Shown: positions 22,115-34,556 of the stretch, one piece after another
Layout: every line of letters starts with the position of its first letter
How positions within the stretch are numbered: the first letter of the stretch is position 1
Assembly: GCA_000004985.1 (NCBI GenBank)
Contig: GG738856.1
Reading direction: 5' to 3' (one strand)
Source: Naegleria gruberi
Lineage: Eukaryota
Length of the DNA: 64,000 nt
Program-made: the position numbers and the translations under genes
Notes under the pieces: model-generated
Told to the model about the DNA's origin: nothing
The model's input: the letters and a program-made list of their open reading frames with translations, nothing else
Database searches by the model: none

Positions 22115-24029
22115 TTATTGACCTAATAAATTACCAAGTAAACCCTTCTCTGCCAAATAACCCAAAGTATTTCCAGGACCACATATTTGACTAAATACAT
22201 TAACATCTTCAATACATAACTTGAATAAGAATTGACAAATCATTGTTTTGAAATTATAATTATAATCTGACATTCTTCCAACAAATAAACATTTCACTGG
22301 TTTAAATGATAAATCAATTGCATCTAATGCATCAATTTTAGTTTGATTATTTGCTTGTTCATTATCTTCATTATCTTCTATATCTTCTTCATCATGTTCT
22401 TGTTCTTCTTCATGTTCATGTTGTTGATTTCTACTTGTTCTTTGTTCAATATATTCTTGTACATAATCAGGTATATGAGGAGGTGTATTTAATATCCAAT
22501 TTGTATTTTCAAATATCCAATCACAAAATATTATTCTAAATTCACTTCCCAATGTAGGTGTTTCTTCATCTGAGAAATTAATACAATTTATAAATATTCC
22601 AACAAGTGGTGTTAAATAATCTGTATATAAATCTGAATCTACATTATAATTAATATATTCACCTAATAAAGCATATAATATTGCCTTATTTGGTATTAAA
22701 TTAGAATTAGAATCTACAAGACATAAAATTTCCTTCTTTTGTAAAGTAGTAAATTCTGTCAAATTCTGAATAGTATGTTTCATTAGAGTTTTTAATTGAG
22801 ATTTGAAATTTATCATGTGATAGAGTAAATCTTCATCATCTTCTTTATCATCATCACTAGTTGTTGATTTTTTATAAATTTCACTTGATCTAATATTTAT
22901 ATGAACAGAGAGTGATGTAAAGAGATGAATTGTTTTTTGAACAAGTGGTTTAAAACTAAATTAATAATTTAAGTATATAATTAAATAGTTAAATACATTT
23001 AAATAGTTAGTTAAATATATTTAAATAATAAAAATAATTAAAAAACATACCAATTTAAAATTTCTTGTAATTCTTCCTTTTCTAAATGAACAGATAAACA
23101 ATAACTAGTTTTAAATAAATCTTCAATAAAACTTAAAAAGAATGGTTTAAATGTAAATGATGAAATTGACATGTTCAAATTCTTTTCAACTTGTATAAAA
23201 TTATCTTGATTTAGAAATTCACGTTGATCCTCATTATAGATATTACCATATTTGTTTAAATGATTTTCAATCCAATTTGAAAAATAATGAAAAGCCTTTT
23301 CAATAACCAATAATAATATTGTAATATTTTCCTTGATAAATAATTTAGCATTTTCCTTTTCAAATGTCATGTAAAATAATAATCTTGTAAATAAAAAGTG
23401 TTCTTCAAAGTTTTCCTTTTTTAAATTTCTAATCAAATTATTCTTTTAAATAAGAAACTTACATTTTCAAATATCTTTTCAATTAGTAAAGTTAATTGTG
23501 ATTTAAATTCCTCACTATTACATAACCATATTCTCAACTCTGATGAATGATGAATTAAATTTAATAAACATTTAAAAGTACAATTCATAGTTTCGAATAG
23601 TTTGGTTGTTCTTGTTGTTGATGTACTTTCCAAAGTGTATTTGATCAATAATTTACTAATAAATTCAATGACTTGAATATTTAATATTGAATCTAATCCA
23701 TCATATTCTCTCAATAATAAACGAAGTACATTTAAACCTGATTCTATATTATTATTGTTATTATTAGTATTATTAGTATTCATACTATTCGATTCTGTTT
23801 GTTGTAAATATTTAAATAATAAATTTAAAAATTGTGATTTGATGCTTGATGAAGGGAATGGATGTGGAATGAATCTTGTTTGAATATTAAAATCATCATT
23901 AAATTGATCAATCACATCAATATTTAATGTTATTTCGGATAATGAAGATGATGATGATTCTAATTGTTTGATCAAATCAAATAATGGACCATCATTATTA
24001 ATAGGTCCTCTTTCACTCATAAAAAACAT
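22115..24029 (-). CDS. Unknown protein. Three track ORFs (24065..23433, 23436..23038, 22816..22115) belong to one multi-exon gene.
   Basis: The first ATG is at 24029, and the track's start at 24065 is a TTG. The second and third ORFs join in frame through AATTG|GTATGT (donor at 23045-23050) and a TTAATTTAG| acceptor at 22956-22958, giving '...LNW|CFKPLVQKTIHLF...HMINFKSQLKT'. The first and second ORFs join either by a 20-nt GTAAGT..AG element (23443..23462) or by a 107-nt intron (23356..23462). Both options are in frame. Confidence 0.45.
22956..23050 (-). other. Spliceosomal intron (95 nt).
   Basis: GTATGT donor and TAG acceptor on the minus strand. The junction restores the frame between track ORFs 23038..23436 and 22115..22816. 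Confidence 0.55.
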
Positions 24030-24197
24030 CCTTTTTTCAATATTATTATTATTATTGCTGTTCAAACTTTTTAGCCTTTGACAGGAGGAAATACAAAATT
24101 ACAGAGAGTAATGTGAGAGAGTTCAAAGGCTTTTTTTTGTATTGTACTTTTTCAAAGCCTTATTGAACGTTGATGGCTAGATGATTAAAGAACACAA

Positions 24198-24680
24198 ATG
24201 AAAGGCTTGAAAGGTGGAAAATCAAAAAAAATGTCATCACCAAACAGCAGTCAACCATCAATAACAAATAACACTTCTCAATCATCGGCATCCTCGGAGC
24301 AAACAAGCCTTTCTTCAATGTTCATATTTGATAGTATTAGGAGGAATGATTTTGAACAAGTAAAACTCTTCATTCAACAAAATCCATCACTACTACTTGT
24401 TTGTGATGAGAATAATAATCTACCTGTTCATATTGCTTGTAAATGTAGTCATGAGAAGATAGCCTTGTTTCTTCTAGATAGAATATCAACACAATCTTCA
24501 ACACAACAATTAATTGAAATTATACAGAAGGAGAATAATGAGAAACAATCACCAATTACATTGGCCAATCCAAAATTAAGAGGAATGATCAAGGCTTCAA
24601 TTGAAATTTCCAAAATGAAGAAATTACTGATGGAAAAGTATGAAAACAAAAAGCAACTTGTACCAACAACAATAAACTGA
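24198..24680 (+). CDS. Small ankyrin-repeat protein (160 aa).
   Basis: ATG at 24198. 'NDFEQVKLFIQQNPSLLLVCDENNNLPVHIACKCSHEKIALFLLD' is ankyrin-like. Confidence 0.45.
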   Translation: MKGLKGGKSKKMSSPNSSQPSITNNTSQSSASSEQTSLSSMFIFDSIRRNDFEQVKLFIQQNPSLLLVCDENNNLPVHIACKCSHEKIALFLLDRISTQSSTQQLIEIIQKENNEKQSPITLANPKLRGMIKASIEISKMKKLLMEKYENKKQLVPTTIN

Positions 24681-24747
24681 TAATAATGCTGAGTAATGTA
24701 AAGATATAATATATCACTATAATGAATCTAATATAAATTGATTGAAT

Positions 24748-27700
24748 TTATTGTAAATTAAATGTAGTTGAAAGAGCTAATGTTTGTAAAAGATCAATTT
24801 GATTGGTAAGGTAAATATTTTGTGTAACACTTGCAATGTTAAATAAACATTGTTCCTTTTGATTGGATCTATCTTCTTGTATCATACCAATATAATCTGT
24901 ATCAGCTTCATAAACCGTCAATAAGGATTTAACCTTAACCATCATGTTAGTAATCTTTACAGTTGTATCTGAAACAGCTACACGATGTTCAAGTGTGTAA
25001 AGAGTTAAATGTTTAACTAGATCTAATAATTCTGTAATTTGAATATCCAATCTACATAATGCATCATAGGTTGATTTAATATTGGATGACTCGGTGAAAA
25101 TTGTTGAATTTCCTTCAACATGTGCTTCAAGATCTTCAAATTGTTTTCTCACACAAATATATCTATATAAAATATCACCTCCCTTACTCCAATTTGGAAT
25201 CAAATCTTGATGATTATAAAGCTTTTGAACATATTTAGAAAGTTCTTCATACTTGTTACAAAGTAAAAGATCAGATAGAATATATTCTAGGAAAACATTG
25301 TGAGCTTCAATATAATTATGATAAAGACACAAATTTTCAAATAATAAATGATAGGAACATGTATATCTAGCATAAAGAGCTGCAGCTTCATATATCCAAT
25401 TAGGAGAAATTTGTAATTGAGAGATGAATTTCATTCCTGATTCATTAGACATGAGAATAGGATAATTTCTAAAGAGAATTTCTCTGAGTGCTCTATTTCT
25501 AACATCAATGAGTCTTTCTCTCTTGAATTTAGAAACAAGACTATTTGATTTGTCTTGGTAATTCAATTCTCTATTAATATCATCTGAAATATTTGGCATT
25601 AAATCACAATGACACAATATAAACAAGGCATATTGTGGATACCCAGATTGTTCTAATTGAAGAGCATAATTACAAGTGATAATATGTGACATTGATCCAG
25701 TAGTATCACAACTTGTAACACGTCTCAATACATTATACAAATGCCATGTAAGTTGACAATCTAAAATATCATCAATATAAGTGGATGGTTCTAAAGATGA
25801 ACTTATTGGTATTTCTTTTTTACAATACATTCCTAAAATATGATACCTCAAATCATAATGTGTCTCTGATGAATGTCTAGATGATGATAAAAATGGTTTA
25901 GTGGCTCTAAAAGTTTCAAAATAATTTGTATAACTAGAGAAAACTTCACTAATTGTTGTATCTGGAGAACTCTTATACCACAAATGCAAACCCAAACATT
26001 GAAGCCATGTTAGAGAAGTATCACAAACATTACCTGCTAAGAGTTCATAAATTTTGATCAAATCCTTTTCAATATTAGCTTTTGCTTGTTTCCATAAATT
26101 AATTTGTTTTTGAATATCCTTTTGCATGAAAGGATTTGAGAAGGATTGAGAAATGATTGAAGAAAGTCTCACATCCTTATTATCGAGAGCAACTCTAGCA
26201 GCTTCTGCAATTCTTCCAGAAGATAACAACAAGTAAATTTTTTCCAATGGTTTTGGATTAGCTCTATTGATAATTTCATCAATTGGAATTTGTTCACGAA
26301 TCCAAGCACTCAAATTTCTCTTTCTAGCAATATCAGTTGCATAATTATTACCATCAAGCATATCAACATCACCAAAAAGTAAATTAGCAAGCTTCCATAC
26401 ACTCAACTCAAACTTTTCACGATTAACAATCAATTGTTTAGTAGCATCAGAGAAGTGATAATGATCAACTGAATTAATTATCTTTTCACATTTTTGAACG
26501 TGACCTTCCATTAATGCTGTATATGAATTATTCTTGAGAGAAATATGAACATCAGTAGGATCTCTTTCAACGTGTTCAATTTCCAAGTGAACCTTAGATT
26601 CATATTTGAGTTTAAGATATTCTTCATCTTGATTTTGTGGTACTTGCTTATCTTCTTTTACAAAGAACTCTGACACTGAAATATTGGAAACTTTTGATTT
26701 TGGATTAAATACAATAGTAGGTACAATAAATTGGCCATTAGGTAAAAATCCCACTCTAAATGATCGACTCAATGAAAACAATGAATCTCTCTTGTCAGAC
26801 TCTGCCTCTGCATCTCCAACAATATTTGATGGAGTACTGTCGATATACTTTCTTGGTTTGATTGTTGGTTGTTGGATTGGAGCATCCTTTTTAATAAATG
26901 CTAAAGTTGGTTCTGATTCAGAAATTTCCTTAAATCTTGGTTTCTTAGTTTGTCTAATAGCTTCAAAATCGATATTATTATCATCAGCAGCTTCATCATC
27001 AGTCATTAAATTTGCTTGCATAATGTACATTCTTCTTGGATCTAAATTAAGTTGTCTTGGAAGAAATGTTCTGTGACTTTCAATTTGCATAACATCTTCT
27101 CCTTCTTCCTCATCATTATCCATAACTTCTTCCTCATCAACAATTTCATCTGAATTGGTGCAGAATAGAGTTAATTATGTTAAAAAAGAAAGTTTAATTT
27201 GTTTCATTATTACAAATTAATATCTTACCTTCTGAAGTATCCGAAATTTCATCAAGATTGATTTTTTTCACAACTTGAAATGGTTCTTGTTTTTCCTCCT
27301 CATCTTCAATAATTTCTTCCTCTTCCTCGTCGTCAAAAATACCATACTTGGTAAAGTGTTCAACTTTGAATGTCCATTGTCCGGTTTCATAGTCAATAAA
27401 TCTACTACCAGACTTTTCATTGGCTTTTCTCAACTTTCTTTCAAATTGCTTGTAATCATTGTTCTTTGGATGGACATTGAACAATTTAATGATGGTTGGC
27501 TTATTGAGTTCAGTTCCAACTGGAGGTTTGGTCCTTTCTGTGTATACATTGCTACTATATACCTCCACATGATGAGTTTCAATCTCGTAAATAATTTTAT
27601 CCAAATCCAAATTCTTAGTCAAGTCAGTAACTCCAAGGAACTCAACTTCACCATATCCTTTTCTTCCTACAGTGAATCCATTACAATTTTGCAAGTCGTG

Positions 27701-30142
27701 TTGAGACATTTGCTTCATTTGTTCAAAGGATGGCTTGGTGTAATATCCTTCCTTTGTTAACTTTGGTAAATAGCTTGGTTTAACAGTTGTTTCCTTTGGT
27801 GCTTGTTCAATATCAAGAGAAATACCTTTACCCTTTTGAGGTTTTGGTCTAATAGCATTACTACTAATTGTTTTTTGAGAATCATCTCTTTCTATAGTTG
27901 TACCAGTAGATCTTGGTTGATTCAATTGTTGACTTGATCTCTTATCAAAAACAGCAGAAGAAATTGTCAATTCCTTAACATTTTCCTTAGAAGTAAATGA
28001 ATTACTATCAAGCAAGTCCAATGTTACAGGTTCTGTATCAGAAGCAATTAAAGACATTCTGTCAACCAATGTACTATTAGAGCTCTTTTTGAAAGTTCTT
28101 GGTCTAACTTGAGTTGATGTCTTTTGAATAGACTTTGAAATAACACTAGATTCTTCTTCTTGGGCATAGCTTTGCTCGAGTGCTTCCTTTTGAAGTTGGA
28201 AAAGAGGATTAGTACCAAATGGATCTGCCAAGAGATTATTAAGATCTTGGAGAGCCATTGGAGCAACACCATATCCGGTATTGGTTGGTTGAGCACCAAA
28301 ACCTGTTGTCATGCCAAGTCCAACACCAGTAGGTCCACCAAAATTGAAACCACTTGTTCCTCCAAGAGGTTGAGTAGTAGTGCCACCAAAATTGAAACCA
28401 GATGAACCAGTTGTGTTACCTCCAGTTGTACCAAAATTAAATCCACTACCAGTTGTAGTACCAGGTCCAGTTGCGCCCAATCCACCACCACCAAAGTTAA
28501 AACCAGTAGATGGTGCTGTAGTTGTTGTACCAGTTGTTGCACCAAATCCACTTGTACCAGTACCAAAATTAAATCCACTTGATGTTTGAGCTGGTTGTGT
28601 TGAGCCACCAAAATTGAAACCAGAACCAGTATTAGTTGCACCAGTTGTTGGTTGTGTTGAACCACCAAAATTGAAGCCAGAGCCTGTGGTTCCTGTATTA
28701 GTTGTTCCTCCTATAGGTGCAAGAGTTGTAGAACCACCTCCAAAGTTGAATCCTGAAGAAGGTTGAGAAGCACCAAATCCAGTGGTAGTGTTAGCTGTTC
28801 CTGTATTACTAGATCCAAATGCAAAACCAGTGTTTGCAGTTCCTGTTGTTGGTTGTGATCCAAAGCCTAATCCTCCAGTGGTTCCTGTTGTTGGTTGTGA
28901 TCCAAAACTAAAGCCAGTACTAGTTGTGGCAGGCTTATTACCGAATGCAGATGTTGTAGAACCGAATCCACCTGTAGTTGTATTACCAAATCCAGTGTTA
29001 GTAGTAGTACCAAATCCTGTTTGTGTGGTAGGTTGAGTTCCAAAACCAAAGCCAGTATTAGAAGCACCTCCCATAGTTCCTGTCGTTCCAAAACCAGTAT
29101 TTGTTGTTGTTGTTGTTGTTCCAGTATTTCCAAAAGAGAAACCTGTAGATGGTTGAGTTGTTTGTCCAAATCCTCCAGTTGTGGTACCAGTTGTTGGAGT
29201 AGAAAATGGATTTTGAGTTAATTTTCCTTGAGATGCAAGTGTGAAATACCATCTCCATTCTTCAAATGATTTATCCTTGTAAGGATCCATTTTAGTAATC
29301 GAATAGTATATCATCTTTGAATTTGTAGTAGTATTGTTTTCTTCAGTTGGCTTAAATGATGGGAAAGATTGTGGAGTAATTGGTCCACCAGTATTTCCCA
29401 TACCCATACCTGTGGTGTTAGTTGCTCCGAATCCCATTCCAGTATTTTGTGTTGGTTGAGCTCCAAATAAACCTCCACCAGTAGTGTTTTGTGTTGGTTG
29501 AGATCCAAATGAAAAGCCTGTACCTGTTGTTGGTTGAGTAGAACCAAATGTACCTGTTGTTGTTCCAGTAGTCCCACCAAATGGATTGGATGCACCAAAT
29601 GCACCTGTTGTTCCTGTACTTGGTTGAGAACCAAAACTAAATCCTGTGCCACCTGTTGTTGTGGTTGTTCCTGTTGATCCAAATGTATTTGTGGATGGTG
29701 CTCCAAATCCAGTGTTAGTTGCAGTGGTTCCACCAAAAGGATTACCAGATGCACCAAATGTATTACCTTGTTGTTGTGGTTGTTGTGGTTGTGTTTGTGT
29801 ATTACCAAAGCCAAAACCTGTATTTGTAGCTCCAGTTGTACCAAAAGGCTTATTTTGACCAAAAGCACCAGTTGTATTATTATTCATTCCACCAAAGCCA
29901 CCAGTATTTGTCGATGGTTGAGAACCAAAGCTAAATCCTGTATTTTGGGTTGTTCCTGTTGATCCAAAACCTCCACCACCAGTGTTTGGTTGTGCTCCAA
30001 ATCCACCACCTGTATTTCCACCAGTACCAAAAGAAAAACCAGTACCTCCTGTTGTTCCTGTTGATCCGAATCCACCACCACCAGTGTTTGGTTGTGCTCC
30101 AAATCCACCACCAGTATTAGTACCTCCACCAAAATTAAACAT
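24748..30142 (-). CDS. NUP98: Nup98-Nup96 nucleoporin precursor. Two exons, 30142..27229 and 27149..24748. It has N-terminal FG/GLFG repeats with a GLEBS motif, then the autoproteolytic domain, then the Nup96 alpha-solenoid.
   Basis: Start is 'MFNFGGGTNTGGGFGAQ' with dozens of FG/GFGxxxx units. GLEBS is 'SITKMDPYKDKSFEEWRWY'. The autoproteolytic domain ends 'FKVEHF|TKYG' (compare human 'KVSHF|SKYG'). The donor GAAG|GTAAGA at 27223-27228 and the CAG| acceptor at 27150-27152 join in frame to 'MDNDEEE...' (Nup96 region). Confidence 0.85.
27150..27228 (-). other. Spliceosomal intron (79 nt) of Nup98-96. It lies about 30 codons downstream of the HF|TKY self-cleavage site.
   Basis: GTAAGA donor and CAG acceptor, joining the track ORFs in frame. 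Confidence 0.6.
28222..30142 (-). repeat. FG/GLFG-repeat coding region (degenerate tandem units of about 30-36 nt).
   Basis: Repetitive 'ggtggatttggagcacaaccaaacactggt...' units. They produce many spurious antisense and off-frame ORFs in the track. Confidence 0.7.
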
Positions 30143-30707
30143 TTTTAATCGACGTTTCTGTTATTATATAATGATATTATTATTTGTATATATATTCAAT
30201 AAAGTATTGTTTGCGTTATTCCGTTTTACCTTGCCGTGTTGATGACAAATCTACAATGATGACAATCTTACGCGAAAAAGCACAACTTTTTACTTTGAAT
30301 ATTTTTTTAGAAGGCAATTTAAAACAAATAAAATTTATCAAAGGCTTTGTTGATGATTGTTATTTTCTTCTTATTCTTCTAACAATTGTAGTTTAGTACG
30401 AGAATGATGTAAACTCTTAGTAATAATATAAAAGAGAGTTTTTGTTTGGAATTGAATGTTTGGAATGTAGTTATTTTGAGAAACTTGCCAAAACATGTTG
30501 TAGAGATATTCTTGTGGTAGGAAATACTTGAGCAAGGAATTCCAAAAAATGGAATTTATCAGCATCAAGATGAAAATACTAATAATATGAATAGAATCGG
30601 ATCACTATTATCATTAATATTTTAATATTAATATTAATCTAATTTAATTATTCCAATTATTTAATAATATATAATATATAATATAATAATAATATATTTA
30701 AAAAAAA

Positions 30708-32354
30708 ATGAAAAGATGGTGTTGTGTAATGGATTGTAATTGTACAGAATTATTAAAAAGAGGAATGGCTGATCATGATATAATGAATCATCAAAATATA
30801 TCATTTTCATCATCACTTCCAACTTTTTCATCATTCTTTTCTGAATTTCAAAGTAACATGTCTAAATTATCGGGTGATACACATTCAATGCAATCATTAC
30901 TTCCAGATACATCACATACTAGTTTATTATATACAACATTTATTAGATCATTTTCATCATGTACTCATCAAGTAATGGTAATGGAAAGTGAAAATACTTG
31001 TATTACTTTTTTACCAATTCTTGATCCTGAAGATGTTATTACATCTTCTACTTCTTCTACTGTTAATCATCATCATCATGGAACTACAAATAGTTTAAAA
31101 TTTCCAATGTATCATAATCCTCCTTCCATGTCAATGTTATTAATTGTTGCTGATGTTTTAAATAGTGAAGAAAAAAGTGAAGAACAAACAGTTAAAAAGT
31201 CAAATGTCATATTTCAACATTTTTGTAATGAAACATTTTTAAAAATATTAGAATCAATAATTTATTTATTTATTAGTAAGAGTACATTATCATCAATTAC
31301 AACAAAACAATCATCAGATAAAGTTGCAAAGAAAATACCTCAAGTTAAAATAACTTTAAATTCAATGACTGATATAATTACTTATTTATTACAATCATCT
31401 ACACCTTATTCTATTAAAAAATCATTTGATTTTGAAAATGATTTAAAAGAAACACCATCTCTAAATTCATATTTACATCAACCATTTGAACAGTTATGTT
31501 TAAGACCTGGTAGAAAAATATTTAAATTTCCAGAAGTTAAGGATAATGAAATTAGTTTTCAAAAATTAATGAGCTCTCTTCATTCCACTTTTAAAAATGG
31601 AATATTTTGTTCAGCTATTTATGTTAATTCTGGATATTATTATACAGGTTTGGAATGGCATAAGATTCTCAATCAACAACAAATGACTGCAATATCTGTT
31701 TATATGAATGCACTTGCTCATTCACAAAATGATTTTACCACTAGAGATATACCAATCATTGTACGTGAAAATATTGCAACTAGGTTTATCTCAATCAAAT
31801 TGATTGATAATATTCAATATTGTGCAATTGTTTATGGTGATACCAAGGCATCTGATATTTCAAATGTAATTCAATTTAAGGGAGATGAATGGGCAAAAGC
31901 TGTTATACGATTGAGTAATATAATGACAAAATCTATATTATCTTTAATTTATGATATTTCTGAAAAGAATGAGGTTTTGAGTGAAGTTACTCATTTAACA
32001 AAGGTGAAGGCAATGTTACTTCTCAATAATTCTGGATCCTTCCCATATTATCTCTATGAAAACTTTGTAAATAGTGATACTGATATGGTTCTATATGAAA
32101 AAATTGAACATTCCCTAAGAGAATTTTACATCAACTCAATGATGACAGTGTTTGACATCTTTCAACCACAAGGAGATGAATTCAATGTAGATATTAATGA
32201 AACCTATGTAATAACGAAAGAACTTGCCATCAGTGCATTCAAAAAGAATCAAAGTGTTCTATTCTGTGTATTTGATAGTACTTGCCCAAGATATGAATTT
32301 TCAATCATTACACAAGAAATACTCAATATGTTAACAAGAAAGAATCTTCTTTAA
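30708..32354 (+). CDS. Hypothetical protein (548 aa). No domain confidently recognised. A longin-like Mon1/HPS1/Fuzzy-type fold is only a weak guess.
   Basis: ATG at 30708. Long clean ORF with ordinary composition. Confidence 0.45.
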   Translation: MKRWCCVMDCNCTELLKRGMADHDIMNHQNISFSSSLPTFSSFFSEFQSNMSKLSGDTHSMQSLLPDTSHTSLLYTTFIRSFSSCTHQVMVMESENTCITFLPILDPEDVITSSTSSTVNHHHHGTTNSLKFPMYHNPPSMSMLLIVADVLNSEEKSEEQTVKKSNVIFQHFCNETFLKILESIIYLFISKSTLSSITTKQSSDKVAKKIPQVKITLNSMTDIITYLLQSSTPYSIKKSFDFENDLKETPSLNSYLHQPFEQLCLRPGRKIFKFPEVKDNEISFQKLMSSLHSTFKNGIFCSAIYVNSGYYYTGLEWHKILNQQQMTAISVYMNALAHSQNDFTTRDIPIIVRENIATRFISIKLIDNIQYCAIVYGDTKASDISNVIQFKGDEWAKAVIRLSNIMTKSILSLIYDISEKNEVLSEVTHLTKVKAMLLLNNSGSFPYYLYENFVNSDTDMVLYEKIEHSLREFYINSMMTVFDIFQPQGDEFNVDINETYVITKELAISAFKKNQSVLFCVFDSTCPRYEFSIITQEILNMLTRKNLL

Positions 32355-32387
32355 AAACCAAATAGTTATTTATTATTTTTAATACAT

Positions 32388-34556
32388 TTACTTTCTATTT
32401 TTCTTTCCCTTAATTGGTTCTTCAATTTCAGGTTCTTCCTCTTCTTCCATTAAATTTTCTTCAAAATCAATGTCCTTCAAATCGTCAGCACTATATGATG
32501 TATAACCGTAATCTTCCACAATTTCTTCTTCTTCTTGGACTTCTTCCTTGACACCTTCACCCCAAGTTAAATCAGCACCGACTGTAATCTTACCAGCCTT
32601 CTTGTGTCGTACCCAAGCTTCAAGAGCAACTTCAGCCTTAGCATCTTCATCCTTGAATCTCAATTCAGCTTGTTCCTTAGATTCAACTGGTTCAATAGTT
32701 GGTACATCAGTAATGAGAGTATCAAAGCTTTCAGCAGCTCTCACCATTTCAACCAACAAGTTTTGTAAATAGTTAATATTTTCCTTTCTTGTATCATAAA
32801 TACCACTGATCAATGTCACTGATTGTTTGTTATCACTGAATCTCTTCTTGTATTTAGCCTTCATGTCTCCCTTAACAATCTTGATAAAGTTTTGTCTAGC
32901 AATTTCAGAAGTGAAATCAATATCAGAAAGTCTAACTGTCAGTTTAACAATCTTATCTCTTGGATATTTAATACCATCATGACCGAAACCATATGAGAAT
33001 TTAGTAGAAATATGGTGAATTGGAAGTCTTGTTTCAGCAACATATTTAGATTGATAGAATGGCAACAATTCTCTGAGTTCTGGTCCTGATCGGGAAGCTC
33101 TAGCATGACTAACAATTGAAGTAAGGTTTTCAAGGTTAAAGATAGCTTTGAATGGTGATTTACCATCTCTCAATTGCTCCTTAATCTTTTGTTGGAGATA
33201 ATTAGAGAAGAGTGAATCCTCACTTTCAGCTTCTTCGAATACTCTAATATCAAAGTTAGCATCAGTACTGAATGCTTCCAATTGTGTTTGTAAAAATCCA
33301 TAAGTATCATTATCCAACTTTTCAATATTATCCAAAATGTTAGTCTTGAACTTATTGTATTCTTCAACGCTAAAGATTGGAGTAATTTGACTCTTATATT
33401 GTTTAAATGCAGAACCAACCATTTCCATAAAGTCTGGAGTTCCTTGTTCTTGTTGATAACGAGTTTGAATATCACTAACAATATTACTTTGGAGACTGAA
33501 GAGATGAGCTTGTGGATTAGCAGTCAAAAATTCACTACGAATCTTCAAGAAGGCAGAAAGCTTTTCAACCAAAGGAGAAAGTTGTGGATATTTAGTCTTG
33601 GTCTTATTCAACATTGTTGTTTGAACTTCAGTAGAAAGAGCAACAATCTTTTGTAAAGTTTGTTCAACTTGGCTCAATCTAGTAGTAAAACATTGTTCGG
33701 CAGTGTAATGCAAAGACATTCTCAAAACTTTAACTTCTTCTAATTTGTTAAAAGTTTCAGAGAGAAGTTTAGCTTCATCCTTTGATGAAGTTGTTTGTGT
33801 GAAATGTCCATTAACATATTCGTTATGGAAGGATTGTAATTGTTGTTTAAAGTTAACAATAACATTCCATTGTTCGTTGAGCCAGTTAAGGAGAGGAGTA
33901 TGATTTTGGTGGATAGAGCTTTGGAGTTCTAATTCAATAGGAATATTATGGAGGAAATCATATGAAGGTCTAACAATATTGTTTTGAGTGATAAATTGGT
34001 CTAATTTTTCCTTATAAACACGGAATTCCTCACTATCAAAAATTCTTTCAACCAATTCATCAGCAGTTAATGTAGCTGTAGGAGACTTTTTGTGAGATTT
34101 AAACATACTAATAAGTGTTTCTGATGGAATTGTTGATTGAATGAGTTGATAATTTTCCATATTAAAGCCAGTGAATGGTGCAGCCTTGTTAATGTTGAAG
34201 AAGTTTTCAAGGTCGGCAACTTCATGTTCAATTGTTTTTGTGAGTTTTGTTCCGGTGTGTTTACCTGTTGTGTATGTTGTTTCTGTGGATGAGGTAATTG
34301 GCAAGTCTACTTTGATATTAAAATCTGGTTTTAATAAAACACGTTCGCTTGTACTTTTTCTAGAAGCAACATTTGGATTAGATTCTTGAGTTTCCTCTAC
34401 ATGAGAAGCATTGTCGAGCTTCTTTTGAAGAATTTCTTGGAATTTTGGATGAGTATTGATTGGATAAGTAATTGAAGGAGGTAAATCACTCAAGTATCTA
34501 TACTTGGCTGTAGTTTTCAAGGAATTAAAAACTTTCAGGGCAAATCTGGTAGACAT
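32388..34556 (-). CDS. Mitochondrial ribosomal protein mS35 (MRPS35-like) with a long N-terminal extension and a predicted mitochondrial presequence.
   Basis: First ATG at 34556, 'MSTRFALKVFNSLKTTAKYRYLS'. The track's start at 34595 is a TTG. The C-terminal block 'KLTVRLSDIDFTSEIARQNFIKIVKGDMKAKYKKRFSDNKQSVTLISGIYDTRKENINYLQNLLVEMVRAAES' fits the mS35 family pattern. Confidence 0.5.
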   Translation of the reverse strand: MSTRFALKVFNSLKTTAKYRYLSDLPPSITYPINTHPKFQEILQKKLDNASHVEETQESNPNVASRKSTSERVLLKPDFNIKVDLPITSSTETTYTTGKHTGTKLTKTIEHEVADLENFFNINKAAPFTGFNMENYQLIQSTIPSETLISMFKSHKKSPTATLTADELVERIFDSEEFRVYKEKLDQFITQNNIVRPSYDFLHNIPIELELQSSIHQNHTPLLNWLNEQWNVIVNFKQQLQSFHNEYVNGHFTQTTSSKDEAKLLSETFNKLEEVKVLRMSLHYTAEQCFTTRLSQVEQTLQKIVALSTEVQTTMLNKTKTKYPQLSPLVEKLSAFLKIRSEFLTANPQAHLFSLQSNIVSDIQTRYQQEQGTPDFMEMVGSAFKQYKSQITPIFSVEEYNKFKTNILDNIEKLDNDTYGFLQTQLEAFSTDANFDIRVFEEAESEDSLFSNYLQQKIKEQLRDGKSPFKAIFNLENLTSIVSHARASRSGPELRELLPFYQSKYVAETRLPIHHISTKFSYGFGHDGIKYPRDKIVKLTVRLSDIDFTSEIARQNFIKIVKGDMKAKYKKRFSDNKQSVTLISGIYDTRKENINYLQNLLVEMVRAAESFDTLITDVPTIEPVESKEQAELRFKDEDAKAEVALEAWVRHKKAGKITVGADLTWGEGVKEEVQEEEEIVEDYGYTSYSADDLKDIDFEENLMEEEEEPEIEEPIKGKKNRK

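Noticed and set aside
28048-30242. About ten 60-185-aa ORFs on both strands inside the Nup98 FG-repeat region.
   Set aside because: They are off-frame and antisense readings of the degenerate GGT-rich FG repeats. The long minus-strand frame with GLFG/GLEBS/APD is clearly the real one.
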